Assembly: GCA_964016885.1 (NCBI GenBank) | Contig: OZ024740.1 | Location: 37,572,001-37,636,000 of the forward strand | Reading direction: 5' to 3' | Length of the DNA stretch: 64,000 bases | From: Eledone cirrhosa | Taxonomy: Eukaryota | In this document: piece by piece, positions 42,801-55,914 of the stretch | How positions within the stretch are numbered: the first letter of the stretch is position 1 | Layout: the number at the start of each line of letters is the position of its first letter | The notes under the pieces: generated by a model | Databases searched by the model: none | The model's input: only the letters and a program-made list of their open reading frames with translations | Told to the model about the DNA's origin: nothing | Program-made: the position numbers and the translations under genes

Positions 42801-45800
42801 ACCCCTGTTTAAGGTAGACATGTGACAGAATATATAGAACACAGTGACCCCTGTTAAAGGTAGACATGTGACAGAATATATAGAACACAGTGATTCCTGT
42901 TTAAGGTAGACATGTGACAGTATATATAGAACACAGTGACCCCTGTTAAAGGTAGACATGTGACAGAATATATAGAACACAGTGACCCCTGTTAAAGGTA
43001 GACAATGACAGAATATATAGAACACAGAGACCCCTGTTACAGGTAGACATGTGACAGAATATATAGAACACAGTGACCCCTTTTAAAGATAGACATGTGA
43101 CAGAATATATAGAACACAGTGACCCCTGTTAAAGGTAGACATGTGACAGAATATATAGAACACAGTGACCCCTGTTAAAGGTAGACATAGGACAGAATAT
43201 ATAGAACACAGTGAACCCTGCTAAATGTAAACATGTGACAGAATATATAGAACACAGTGACCCCTGTTAAAGGTAGACATGTGACAGAATATATAGAACA
43301 CAGTGACCCCTGTTAAAGGTAGACATGTGACAGAATATATAGAACACGGAGTCCCCTGTTAAAGGTAGACATGTGACAGAATATATAGAACACAGTGACC
43401 CCTTTTAAAGATAGACATGTGACAGAAAATATAGAACACAGTGACCCCTGTTAAAGGTAGACATGTGACAGAATATATAAAACACAGTGACCCCTGTTAA
43501 AGGTAGACATGAGACAGAATATATAGAACACAGTGACCCCTGTTTAAGTCAGAGATAGGACAGAACATATAGAACACAGTGACCCCTATTAAAGGTCGAC
43601 ATAGGACAGATTATATAGAACACAGTGACCCCTGTTTAAGGTAGACATGTGACAGAATATATAGAACACAGTGACCCCTGTTAAAGGTAGACATGTGACA
43701 GAATATATAGAACACAGTGACCCCTGTTTAAGGTAGATATGTGACAGAATATATAGAACACAGTGACCCCTGTTAAATGTAGACATAGGACAGAATATAT
43801 AGAACACAGTGACCCCTGTTAAAGGTAGACATGTGACAGAATATATAGAACACAGTGACCCCTGTTTAAGGTAGATATGTGACAGAATATATAGAACACA
43901 GTGACCCCTGTTAAAGGTAGACATAGGACAGAATATATAGAACACAGTGACCCCTGTTTAAGGTAGACATAGGACAGAATATATAGAACACAGTGACCCC
44001 TGTTAAAGGTCGACATAGGACAGATTATATAGAACACAGTGACCCCTGTTTAAGGTAGACATGTGACAGAATATATAGAACACAGTGACCCCTGTTAAAG
44101 GTAGACATAGGACAGAATATATAGAACACAGTGACCCCTGTTAAAGGTAGACATGTGACAGAATATATAGAACACAGTGACCCCTGTTAAAGGTAGACAT
44201 GTGAAAGAATATATAGAACACAGTGACCCCTGTTTAAGGTAGACATGTGAAAGAATATATAGAACACAGTGACCCCTGTTAAAGGTAGACATGTGACAGA
44301 ATATATAGAACACAGAGTCCCCTGTTAAAGGTGGACGTAGGAGAGAATATATAGAACACAGTGACCCCTGTTAAAGGTAGACATGTGACAGAATATATAG
44401 AACACAGTGACCCCTGTTAAAGGTAGACATGTGAAAGAATATATAGAACACAGTGACCCCTGTTTAAGGTAGACATGTGAAAGAATATATAGAACACAGT
44501 GACCCCTGTTTAAGGTAGACATGTGACAGAATATATAGAACAGAGTGACCCCTGTTTAAGGTAGACATAAGACAGAATATATAGAACACAGAGACCCCTG
44601 TTAAAGGTAGACATGTGACAGAATATATAGAACTCAGAGACCCCTGTTAAAGGTAGACATGTGAAAGAATATATAGAACACAGTGACCCCTGTTAAAGGT
44701 AGACATAGGACAGAATATATAGAACACAGTGACCCCTGTTTAAGGTAGACATAAGACAGAATATATAGAACACAGAGACCCCTGTTAAAGGTAGACATGT
44801 GACAGAATATATAGAACTCAGAGACCCCTGTTAAAGGTAGACATGTGACAGAATATATAGAACACAGTGACCCCTGTTAAAGGTAGACATAGGACAGAAT
44901 ATATAGAACACAGTGACCCCTGTTTAAGGTAGACATAAGACAGAATATATAGAACACAGAGACCCCTGTTAAAGGTAGACATGTGACAGAATATATAGAA
45001 CGCAGTGACCCCTGTTAAAGGTAGACATAGGACAGAATATATAGAACACAGTGACCCCTGTTTAAGTTAGAGATAGGACAGAATATATAGAACACAGTGA
45101 CCCCTGTTAAAGGTAGACATGTGAAAGAATATATAGAACACAGTGACCCCTGCTAAATGTAAACATGTGACAGAATATATAGAACACAGTGACCCCTGTT
45201 AAAGGTAGACATGTGACAGAATATATAGAACACAGTGACCACTGTTAAAGGTAGACATGTGACAGAATATATAGAACACAGAGACCCCTGTTAAAGGTAG
45301 ACATGTGACAGAATATATAGAACACAGTGACCCCTTTTAAAGATAGACATGTGACAGAATATATAGAACACAGTGACCCCTGTTAAAGGTAGACATGTGA
45401 CAGAATATATAGAACACAGAGACCCCTTTTAAAGATAGACATGTGACAGAAAATATAGAACACAGTGACCCCTGTTTAAGGTAGACATGTGACAGAATAT
45501 ATAGAACACAGTGACCCCTGTTAAAGGTAGACATGAGACAGAATATATAGAACACAGTGACCCCTGTTAAAGGTAGACATGTGACAGAATATATAGAACA
45601 CAGTGACCCCTGTTAAAGGTAGACAGGTGACAGAATATATAGAACACTGTGACCCCTGTTAAAGGTAGACATGAGACAGAATATATAGAACACAGTGACC
45701 CCTGTTTAAGGTAGACAGGTGACAGAATATATAGAACACAGTGACCCCTGTTAAAGGTAGACATGAGACAGAATATATAGAACACAGTGACCCCTGTTAA

Positions 45801-48339
45801 AGGTAGACATGAGACAGAATATATAGAACACAGTGACCCCTGTTAAAGGTAGACATGAGACAGAATATATAGAACACAGTGACCCCTGTTAAAGGTAGAC
45901 ATGTGACAGAATATATAGAACACAGTGACCCCTGTTTAAGGTAGACAGGTGACAGAATATATAGAACACAGTGACCCCTGTTTAAGGTAGACATGTGACA
46001 GAATATATAGAACACAGTGACGCCTGTTTAAGGTAGACATACGACAGAATATATAGAACACAGTGACCCCTGTTTAAGGTAGACATACGACAGAATATAT
46101 AGAACACAGTGACCCCTGTTTAAGGTAGACATAGGACAGAATATATAGAACACAGTGACCCCTGTTAGAGGTAGACATGTGACAGAATATATAGAACACA
46201 GTGACCCCTGTTAAAGGTAGACATGTGACAGAATATATAGAACACAGTGACTCCTGTTAAAGGTAGACATGTGACAGAATATATAGAACACAGAGACCCC
46301 TGTTAAAGGTAGACATGTGACAGAATATATAGAACACAGTGACCCCTGTTAAAGGTAGACATGTGACAGAATATATAGAATACAGTGACCCCTGTTAAAG
46401 GTAGACATGTGACAGAATATATAGAACACAGTGACCCCTGTTAGAGGTAGACATAGGACAGAATATATAGAACACAGTGACCCCTGTTAAAGGTAGACAT
46501 GTGACAGAATATATAGAACACAGTGACCCCTGTTTAAGGTAGACATGTGACAGAATATATAGAACACAGTGACCCCTGTTAAAGGTAGACATGTGACAGA
46601 ATATATAGAACACAGTGACCCCTGTTAAAGGTAGACATAGGACAGAATATATAGAACACAGTGACCCCTGTTAAAGTTAGACATAGGACAGAATATATAG
46701 AACACAGTGACTCCTGTTAAAGGTAGACATGTGACAGAATATATAGAACACAGTGACCCCTGTTAAAGGTAGACATGTGACAGAATATATAGAACACAGT
46801 GACCCCTGTTAGAGGTAGACATAGGACAGAATATATAGAACACAGTGACCCCTGTTAAAGGTAGACATGTGACAGAATATATAGAACACAGTGACCCCTG
46901 TTAAAGGTAGACATAGGACAGAATATATAGAACACAGTGACTCCTGTTAAAGGTAGACATGTGACAGAATATATAGAACACAGTGACCCCTGTTAAAGGT
47001 AGACATGTGACAGAATATATAGAACACAGTGACCCCTGTTAGAGGTAGACATAGGACAGAATATATAGAACACAGTGACCCCTGTTAAAGGTAGACATGT
47101 GACAGAATATATAGAACACAGTGACCCCTGTTTAAGGTAGACATAGGACAGAATATATAGAACACAGTGACCCCTGTTTAAGATAGAGATAGGACAGAAT
47201 ATATAGAACACAGTGACCCCTGTTAAAGGTAGACATGTGACAGAATATATAGAACACAGTGACCCCTGTTAAAGGTAGACATAGGACAGAATATATAGAA
47301 CACAGTGACTCCTGTTAAAGGTAGACATGTGACAGAATATATAGAACACAGTGACCCCTGTTAAAGGTAGACATGTGACAGAATATATAGAACACAGTGA
47401 CCCCTGTTAGAGGTAGACATGTGACAGAATATATAGAACACAGTGACCCCTGTTAAAGGTAGACATAGGACAGATTATATAGAACACAGTGACTCCTGTT
47501 AAAGGTAGACATGTGACAGAATATATAGAACACAGTGACCCCTGTTAAAGGTAGACATAGGACAGAATATATAGAACAGATTGACTCCTGTTAAAGGTAG
47601 ACATGTGACAGAATATATAGAACACAGTGACCCCTGTTAAAGGTAGACATGTGACAGAATATATAGAACACAGTGACCCCTGTTTAAGGTAGACATGTGA
47701 CAGAATATATAGAACACATTGACCCCTGTTAAAGGTAGACATGTGACAGAATATATAGAACACAGTGACCCCTGTTAAAGGTAGACATAGGACAGAATAT
47801 ATAGAACACAGTGACCCCTGTTAAAGGTAGACATAGGACAGAATATATAGAACACAGTGACCCCTGTTAAAGGTAGACATAGGACAGAATATATAGAACA
47901 CAGTGACCCCTGTTAAAGGTAGACATGTGACAGAATATATAGAACACAGTGACCCCTGTTTAAGGTAGACATGTGACAGAATATACAGAACACAGTGACC
48001 CTGTTTAAGGTAGACATAGGACAGAATATATAGAACACAGAGACCCCTGTTAAAGGTAGACATGTGACAGAATATATAGAACACAGTGACCCCTGTTAAA
48101 GGTAGACATAGGACAGAATATATAGAACACAGTGACCACTGTTTAAGGTAGACATAAGACAGAATATATAGAACACAGTGACCCCTGTTAAAGGTAGACA
48201 TGTGACAGAATATATAGAATACAGTGACCCCTGTTAAAGGTAGACATGTGACAGAATATATAGAACACAGTGACCCCTGTTTAAGGTAGACATGTGACAG
48301 AATATATAGAACTCAGAGACCCCTGTTAAAGGTAGACAT

Positions 48340-49860
48340 GTGACAGAATATATAGAACACAGTGACCCCTGTTAAAGGTAGACATAGGACAGAATATCTA
48401 GAACACAGTGACCCCTGTTTAAGGTAGACATAAGACAGAATATATAGAACACAGAGACCCCTGTTAAAGGTAGACATGTGACAGAATATATAGAACGCAG
48501 TGACCCCTGTTAAAGGTAGACATGTGACAGAATATATAGAACACAGTGACCCCTGTTAAAAGTAGACATAGGACAGAATATATAGAACACAGTGACCCCT
48601 GTTTAAGGTAGACATAAGACAGAATATATAGAACACAGAGACCCCTGTTAAAGGTAGACATCTGACAGAATATATAGAACTCAGAGACCCCTGTTAAAGG
48701 TAGACATGTGACAGAATATATAGAACACAGTGACCCCTGTTAAAGGTAGACATAGGACAGAATATATAGAACACAGTGACCCCTGTTTAAGGTAGACATA
48801 AGACAGAATATATAGAACACAGAGACCCCTGTTAAAGGTAGACATGTGACAGAATATATAGAACACAGTGACCCCTGTTAAAGGTAGACATAGGACAGAA
48901 TATATAGAACACAGTGACCCCTGTTTAAGGTAGACATAAGACAGAATATATAGAACACAGAGACCCCTGTTAAAGGTAGACATCTGACAGAATATATAGA
49001 ACTCAGAGACCCCTGTTAAAGGTAGACATGTGACAGAATATATAGAACACAGTGACCCCTGTTAAAGGTAGACATAGGACAGAATATATAGAACACAGTG
49101 ACCCCTGTTTAAGGTAGACATAAGACAGAATATATAGAACACAGAGACCCCTGTTAAAGGTAGACATGTGACAGAATATATAGAAAGCAGTGACCCCTGT
49201 TAAAGGTAGACATGTGACAGAATATATAGAACACAGTGACCCCTGTTAAAGGTAGACATAGGACAGAATATATAGAACACAGTGACCCCTGTTTAAGGTA
49301 GACATAAGACAGAATATATAGAACACAGAGACCCCTGTTAAAGGTAGACATGTGACAGAATATATAGAACACAGTGACCCCTGTTAAAGGTAGACATAGG
49401 ACAGAATATATAGAACACAGTGACCCCTGTTTAAGGTAGACATAAGACAGAATATATAGAACACAGAGACCCCTGTTAAAGGTAGACATCTGACAGAATA
49501 TATAGAACTCAGAGACCCCTGTTAAAGGTAGACATGTGACAGAATATATAGAACACAGTGACCCCTGTTAAAGGTAGACATAGGACAGAATATATAGAAC
49601 ACAGTGACCCCTGTTTAAGGTAGACATAAGACAGAATATATAGAACACAGAGACCCCTGTTAAAGGTAGACATGTGACAGAATATATAGAACGCAGTGAC
49701 CCCTGTTAAAGGTAGACATGTGACAGAATATATAGAACACAGTGACCCCTGTTAAAGGTAGACATAGGACAGAATATATAGAACACAGTGACCCCTGTTT
49801 AAGGTAGACATAAGACAGAATATATAGAACACAGAGACCCCTGTTAAAGGTAGACATGTG
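48340..49860. repeat. Related 3-/4-monomer higher-order repeat domain (repeated at ~56620-58140)
   Basis: It shows the same cycle and the same rare markers (atatctaga, ttaaaagtag, catctg, gaaagcag) as 15300-17200. Confidence 0.75.
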
Positions 49861-50799
49861 ACAGAATATATAGAACACAGTGACCCCTGTTTAAGGTAGA
49901 CGTAGGACAGAATATATAGAACACAGTGACCCCTGTTAAAGGTAGACATAGGACAGAATATATAGAACACAGTGACCCCTGTTTAAGTTAGAGATAGGAC
50001 AGAATATATAGAACACAGTGACCCCTGTTAAAGGTAGACATGTGAAAGAATATGTAGAACACAGTGACCCCTGTTAAAGGTAGACATGTGACAGAATATA
50101 TAGAACACAGTGACCCCTGTTAAAGGTAGACATGTGACAGAATATATAGAACACAGTGACCCCTGTTAAAGGTAGACATGTGACAGAATATATAGAACAC
50201 AGTGACCCCTGTTAAAGGTAGACATGTGACAGAATATATAGAACACAGAGACCCCTGTTAAAGGTAGACATGTGACAGAATATATAGAACACAGTGACCC
50301 CTGTTAAAGGTAGACATGTGACAGAATATATAGAACACAGTGACCCCTTTTAAAGATAGACATGTGACAGAATATATAGAACACAGTGACCCCTGTTAAA
50401 GGTAGACATGTGACAGAATATATAGAACACAGAGACCCCTGTTAAAGGTAGACATGTGACAGAATATATAGAACACAGAGACCCCTGTTAAAGGTAGACA
50501 TAGGACAGAATATATACAACACAGTGACCCCTGTTAAAGGTAGACATGAGACAGAATATATAGAACACAGTGACCCCTGTTAAAGGTAGACAGGTGACAG
50601 AATATATAGAACACAGTGATCCCTGTTTAAGGTAGACATCGGACAGAATATATAGAACACTGTGAACCCTGTTTAAGGTAGACATGTGACAGAATATATA
50701 GAATACAGTGACCCCTGTTAAAGGTAGACATGTGACAGAATATATGGTACAGAGTGACCCCTGTTAAAGGTAGACATGTGACAGAATATATAGAACACA

Positions 50800-53700
50800 G
50801 TGACCCCTGTTTAAGGTAGACATAGGACAGAATATATAGAACACAGTGACTCCTGTTAAAGGTAGACATAGGACAGATTATATAGAACACAGTGACCCCT
50901 GTTTAAGGTAGACATGTGACAGAATATATAGAACACAGTGACCCCTGTTTAAGGTAGACATATGACAGAATATATAGAACACAGTGACCCCTGTTTAAGG
51001 TAGACATAGGACAGATTATATAGAACACAGTGACCCCTGTTAAAGGTAGACATGTGACAGAATATATAGAACACAGTGACCCCTGTTAAAGGTAGACATG
51101 TGACAGAATATATAGAACACAGAGACCCCTGTTAGAGGTAGACATGTTACAGAATATATAGAACACAGTGACCCCTGTTAAAGGTAGACATGTGACAGAA
51201 TATATAGAACACAGTGACCCCTGTTTAAGGTAGACATGTGACAGAATATATAGAACACAGTGACCCCTGTTAAAGGTAGACATGTGACAGAATATATAGA
51301 ACACAGAGTCCCCTGTTAAAGGTTGACATGTGACAGAATATATAGAACACAGTGACCCCTTTTAAAGATAGACATGTGACAGAAAATATAGAACACAGTG
51401 ACCCCTGTTTAAGGTAGATATGTGACAGAATATATAGAACACAGTGACCCCTGTTAAAGGTAGACATGAGACAGAATATATAGAACACAGTGACCCCTGT
51501 TTAAGGTAGACATGTGACAGAATATATAGAACACAGTGATCCCTGTTTAAGGTAGACATCGGACAGAATATATAGAACACTGTGAACCCTGTTTAAGGTA
51601 GACATGTGACAGAATATATAGAATACAGTGACCCCTGTTAAAGCTAGACATGTGACAGAATATATAGAACACAGTGACCCCTGTTAAAGGTAGACATGTG
51701 ACAGAAAATATAGAACACAGTGACCCCTGTTTAAGGTAGCCATGTGACAGAATATATAGAACACAGTGACCCCTGTTTAAGCTAGACATGTGACAGAATA
51801 TATAGAACACAGTGAAGCCTGTTTAAGGTAGACATGTGACAGAATATATAGAATACAGTGACCCCTGTTAAAGGTAGACATGTGACAGAATATATAGTAC
51901 AGAGTGACCCCTGTTAAAGGTAGACATGTGACAGAATATATAGAACGCAGTGACCCCTGTTAAAGGTAGACATAGGACAGAATATATAGAACACAGTGAC
52001 CCCTGTTTAAGTTAGAGATAGGACAGAATATATAGAACACAGTGACCCCTGTTAAAGGTAGACATGTGAAAGAATATATAGAACACAGTGACCCCTGTTA
52101 AAGGTAGACATAGGACAGAATACATAGAACACAGTGACCCCTGCTAAATGTAAACATGTGACAGAATATATAGAACATAATGACCCCTGTTAAAGGTAGA
52201 CATGTGACAGAATATATAGAATACAGTGACCCCTGTTAAAGGTAGACATGTGACAGAATATATAGAACACAGTGACTCCTGTTAAATGTAGACATGTGAC
52301 AGAATATATAGAACACAGTGACCCCTGTTAAAGGTAGACATGTGACAGAATATATAGAACACAGTGACCCCTGTTAAAGGTAGACATGTGACAGAATATA
52401 TAGAACACAGTGACCCCTGTTAAAGGTAGACATGTGACAGAATATATAGAACACAGAGACCACTTTTAAAGATAGACATGTGACAGAAAATATAGAACAC
52501 AGTGACCCCTGTTTAAGGTAGACATGTGACAGAATATATAGAACACAGTGACCCCTGTTAAAGGTAGACATGAGACAGAATATATAGAACACAGTGACCC
52601 CTGTTTAAGGTAGACAGGTGACAGAATATATAGAACACAGTGATCCCTGTTTAAGGTAGACATCGGACAGAATATATAGAACACAGTGACCCCTGTTAAA
52701 GGTAGACATAGGACAGATTATATAGAACACAGTGACCCCTGTTTAAGGTAGACATGTGACAGAATATATAGAATACAGTGACCCCTGTTAAAGGTAGACA
52801 TGTGACAGAATATATGGTACAGAGTGACCCCTGTTAAAGGTAGACATGTGACGGAATATATAGAACACAGTGACCCCTTTTTAAGGTAGACATAGGACAG
52901 AATATATAGAACACAGTGACCCCTGTTTAAGGTAGACATAGGACAGAATATATAGAACACAGTGACTCCTGTTAAAGGTAGACATAGGACAGATTATATA
53001 GAACACAGTGACCCCTGTTTAAGGTAGACATGTGACAGAATATATAGAACACAGTGACCCCTGTTTAAGGTAGACATATGACAGAATATATAGAACACAG
53101 TGACCCCTGTTTAAGGTAGACATAGGACAGAATATATAGAACACAGTGACTCCTGTTAAAGGTAGACATAGGACAGATTATATAGAACACAGTGACCCCT
53201 GTTTAAGGTAGACATGTGACAGAATATATAGAACACAGTGACCCCTGTTTAAGGTAGACATGTGACAGAATATATAGAACTCAGAGACCCCTGTTAAAGG
53301 AAGACATGTGACAGAATATATAGAACACAGTGACCCCTGTTAAAGGTCGACATGTGACAGAATATATAGAACACAGTGACCCCTGTTAAAGGTAGACATG
53401 TGACAGAATATATAGAACACAGTGACCCCTGTTTAAGGTAGACATAGGACAGAATATATAGAACACAGTGACTCCTGTTAAAGGTAGACATAGGACAGAT
53501 TATATAGAACACAGTGACCCCTGTTTAAGGTAGACATGTGACAGAATATATAGAACACAGTGACCCCTGTTTAAGGTAGACATATGACAGAATATATAGA
53601 ACACAGTGACCCCTGTTTAAGGTAGACATAGGACAGATTATATAGAACACAGTGACCCCTGTTAAAGGTAGACATGTGACAGAATATATAGAACACAGTG

Positions 53701-55914
53701 ACCCCTGTTAAAGGTAGACATGTGACAGAATATATAGAACACAGAGACCCCTGTTAGAGGTAGACATGTTACAGAATATATAGAACACAGTGACCCCTGT
53801 TAAAGGTAGACATGTGACAGAATATATAGAACACAGTGACCCCTGTTTAAGGTAGACATGTGACAGAATATATAGAACACAGTGACCCCTGTTAAAGGTA
53901 GACATGTGACAGAATATATAGAACACAGAGTCCCCTGTTAAAGGTTGACACGTGACAGAATATATAGAACACAGTGACCCCTTTTAAAGATAGACATGTG
54001 ACAGAAAATATAGAACACAGTGACCCCTGTTTAAGGTAGACATGTGACAGAATATATAGAACACAGTGACCCCTGTTAAAGGTAGACATGAGACAGAATA
54101 TATAGAACACAGTGACCCCTGTTTAAGGTAGACATGTGACAGAATATATAGAACACAGTGATCCCTGTTTAAGGTAGACATGTGACAGAATATATAGAAC
54201 ACTGTGAACCCTGTTTAAGGTAGCCATGTGACAGAATATATAGAACACAGTGACCCCTGTTTAAGCTAGACATGTGACAGAATATATAGAACACAGTGAA
54301 GCCTGTTTAAGGTAGACATGTGACAGAATATATAGAATACAGTGACCCCTGTTAAAGGTAGACATGTGACAGAATATATAGTACAGAGTGACCCCTGTTA
54401 AAGGTAGACATGTGACAGAATATATAGAACGCAGTGACCCCTGTTAAAGGTAGACATAGGACAGAATATATAGAACACAGTGACCCCTGTTTAAGTTAGA
54501 GATAGGACAGAATATATAGAACACAGTGACCCCTGTTAAAGGTAGACATGTGAAAGAATATATAGAACACAGTGACCCCTGTTAAAGGTAGACATAGGAC
54601 AGAATACATAGAACACAGTGACCCCTGCTAAATGTAAACATGTGACAGAATATATAGAACATAATGACCCCTGTTAAAGGTAGACATGTGACAGAATATA
54701 TAGAATACAGTGACCCCTGTTAAAGGTAGACATGTGACAGAATATATAGAACACAGTGACTCCTGTTAAAGGTAGACATGTGACAGAATATATAGAACAC
54801 AGTGACCCCTGTTAAAGGTAGACATGTGACAGAATATATAGAACACAGTGACCCCTGTTAAAGGTAGACATGTGACAGAATATATAGAACACAGTGACCC
54901 CTGTTAAAGGTAGACATGTGACAGAATATATAGAACACAGAGACCACTTTTAAAGATAGACATGTGACAGAAAATATAGAACACAGTGACCCCTGTTTAA
55001 GGTAGACATGTGACAGAATATATAGAACACAGTGACCCCTGTTAAAGGTAGACATGAGACAGAATATATAGAACACAGTGACCCCTGTTTAAGGTAGACA
55101 GGTGACAGAATATATAGAACACAGTGATCCCTGTTTAAGGTAGACATCGGACAGAATATATAGAACACAGTGACCCCTGTTAAAGGTAGACATAGGACAG
55201 ATTATATAGAACACAGTGACCCCTGTTTAAGGTAGACATGTGACAGAATATATAGAATACAGTGACCCCTATTAAAGGTAGACATGTGACAGAATATATG
55301 GTACAGAGTGACCCCTGTTAAAGGTAGACATGTGACAGAATATATAGAACACAGTGACCCCTTTTTAAGGTAGACATAGGACAGAATATATAGAACACAG
55401 TGACCCCTGTTTAAGGTAGACATAGGACAGAATATATAGAACACAGTGACTCCTGTTAAAGGTAGACATAGGACAGATTATATAGAACACAGTGACCCCT
55501 GTTTAAGGTAGACATGTGACAGAATATATAGAACACAGTGACCCTTGTTTAAGGTAGACATATGACAGAATATATAGAACACAGTGACCCCTGTTTAAGG
55601 TAGACATAGGACAGAATATATAGAACACAGTGACTCCTGTTAAAGGTAGACATAGGACAGATTATATAGAACACAGTGACCCCTGTTTAAGGTAGACATG
55701 TGACAGAATATATAGAACACAGTGACCCCTGTTTAAGGTAGACATGTGACAGAATATATAGAACTCAGAGACCCCTGTTAAAGGAAGACATGTGACAGAA
55801 TATATAGAACACAGTGACCCCTGTTAAAGGTCGACATGTGACAGAATATATAGAACACAGTGACCCCTGTTAAAGGTAGACATGTGACAGAATATATAGA
55901 ACACAGTGACCCCT
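50800..55914. repeat. Older ~2.5-2.6 kb tandem duplication nested within the 8279-bp unit (repeated at ~59080-64000)
   Basis: ORF pairs 51086/53708 (2622 = 57x46) and 52374/54858, 52718/55202 (2484 = 54x46). The marker tagcc sits at 51737 and 54221. Confidence 0.85.
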
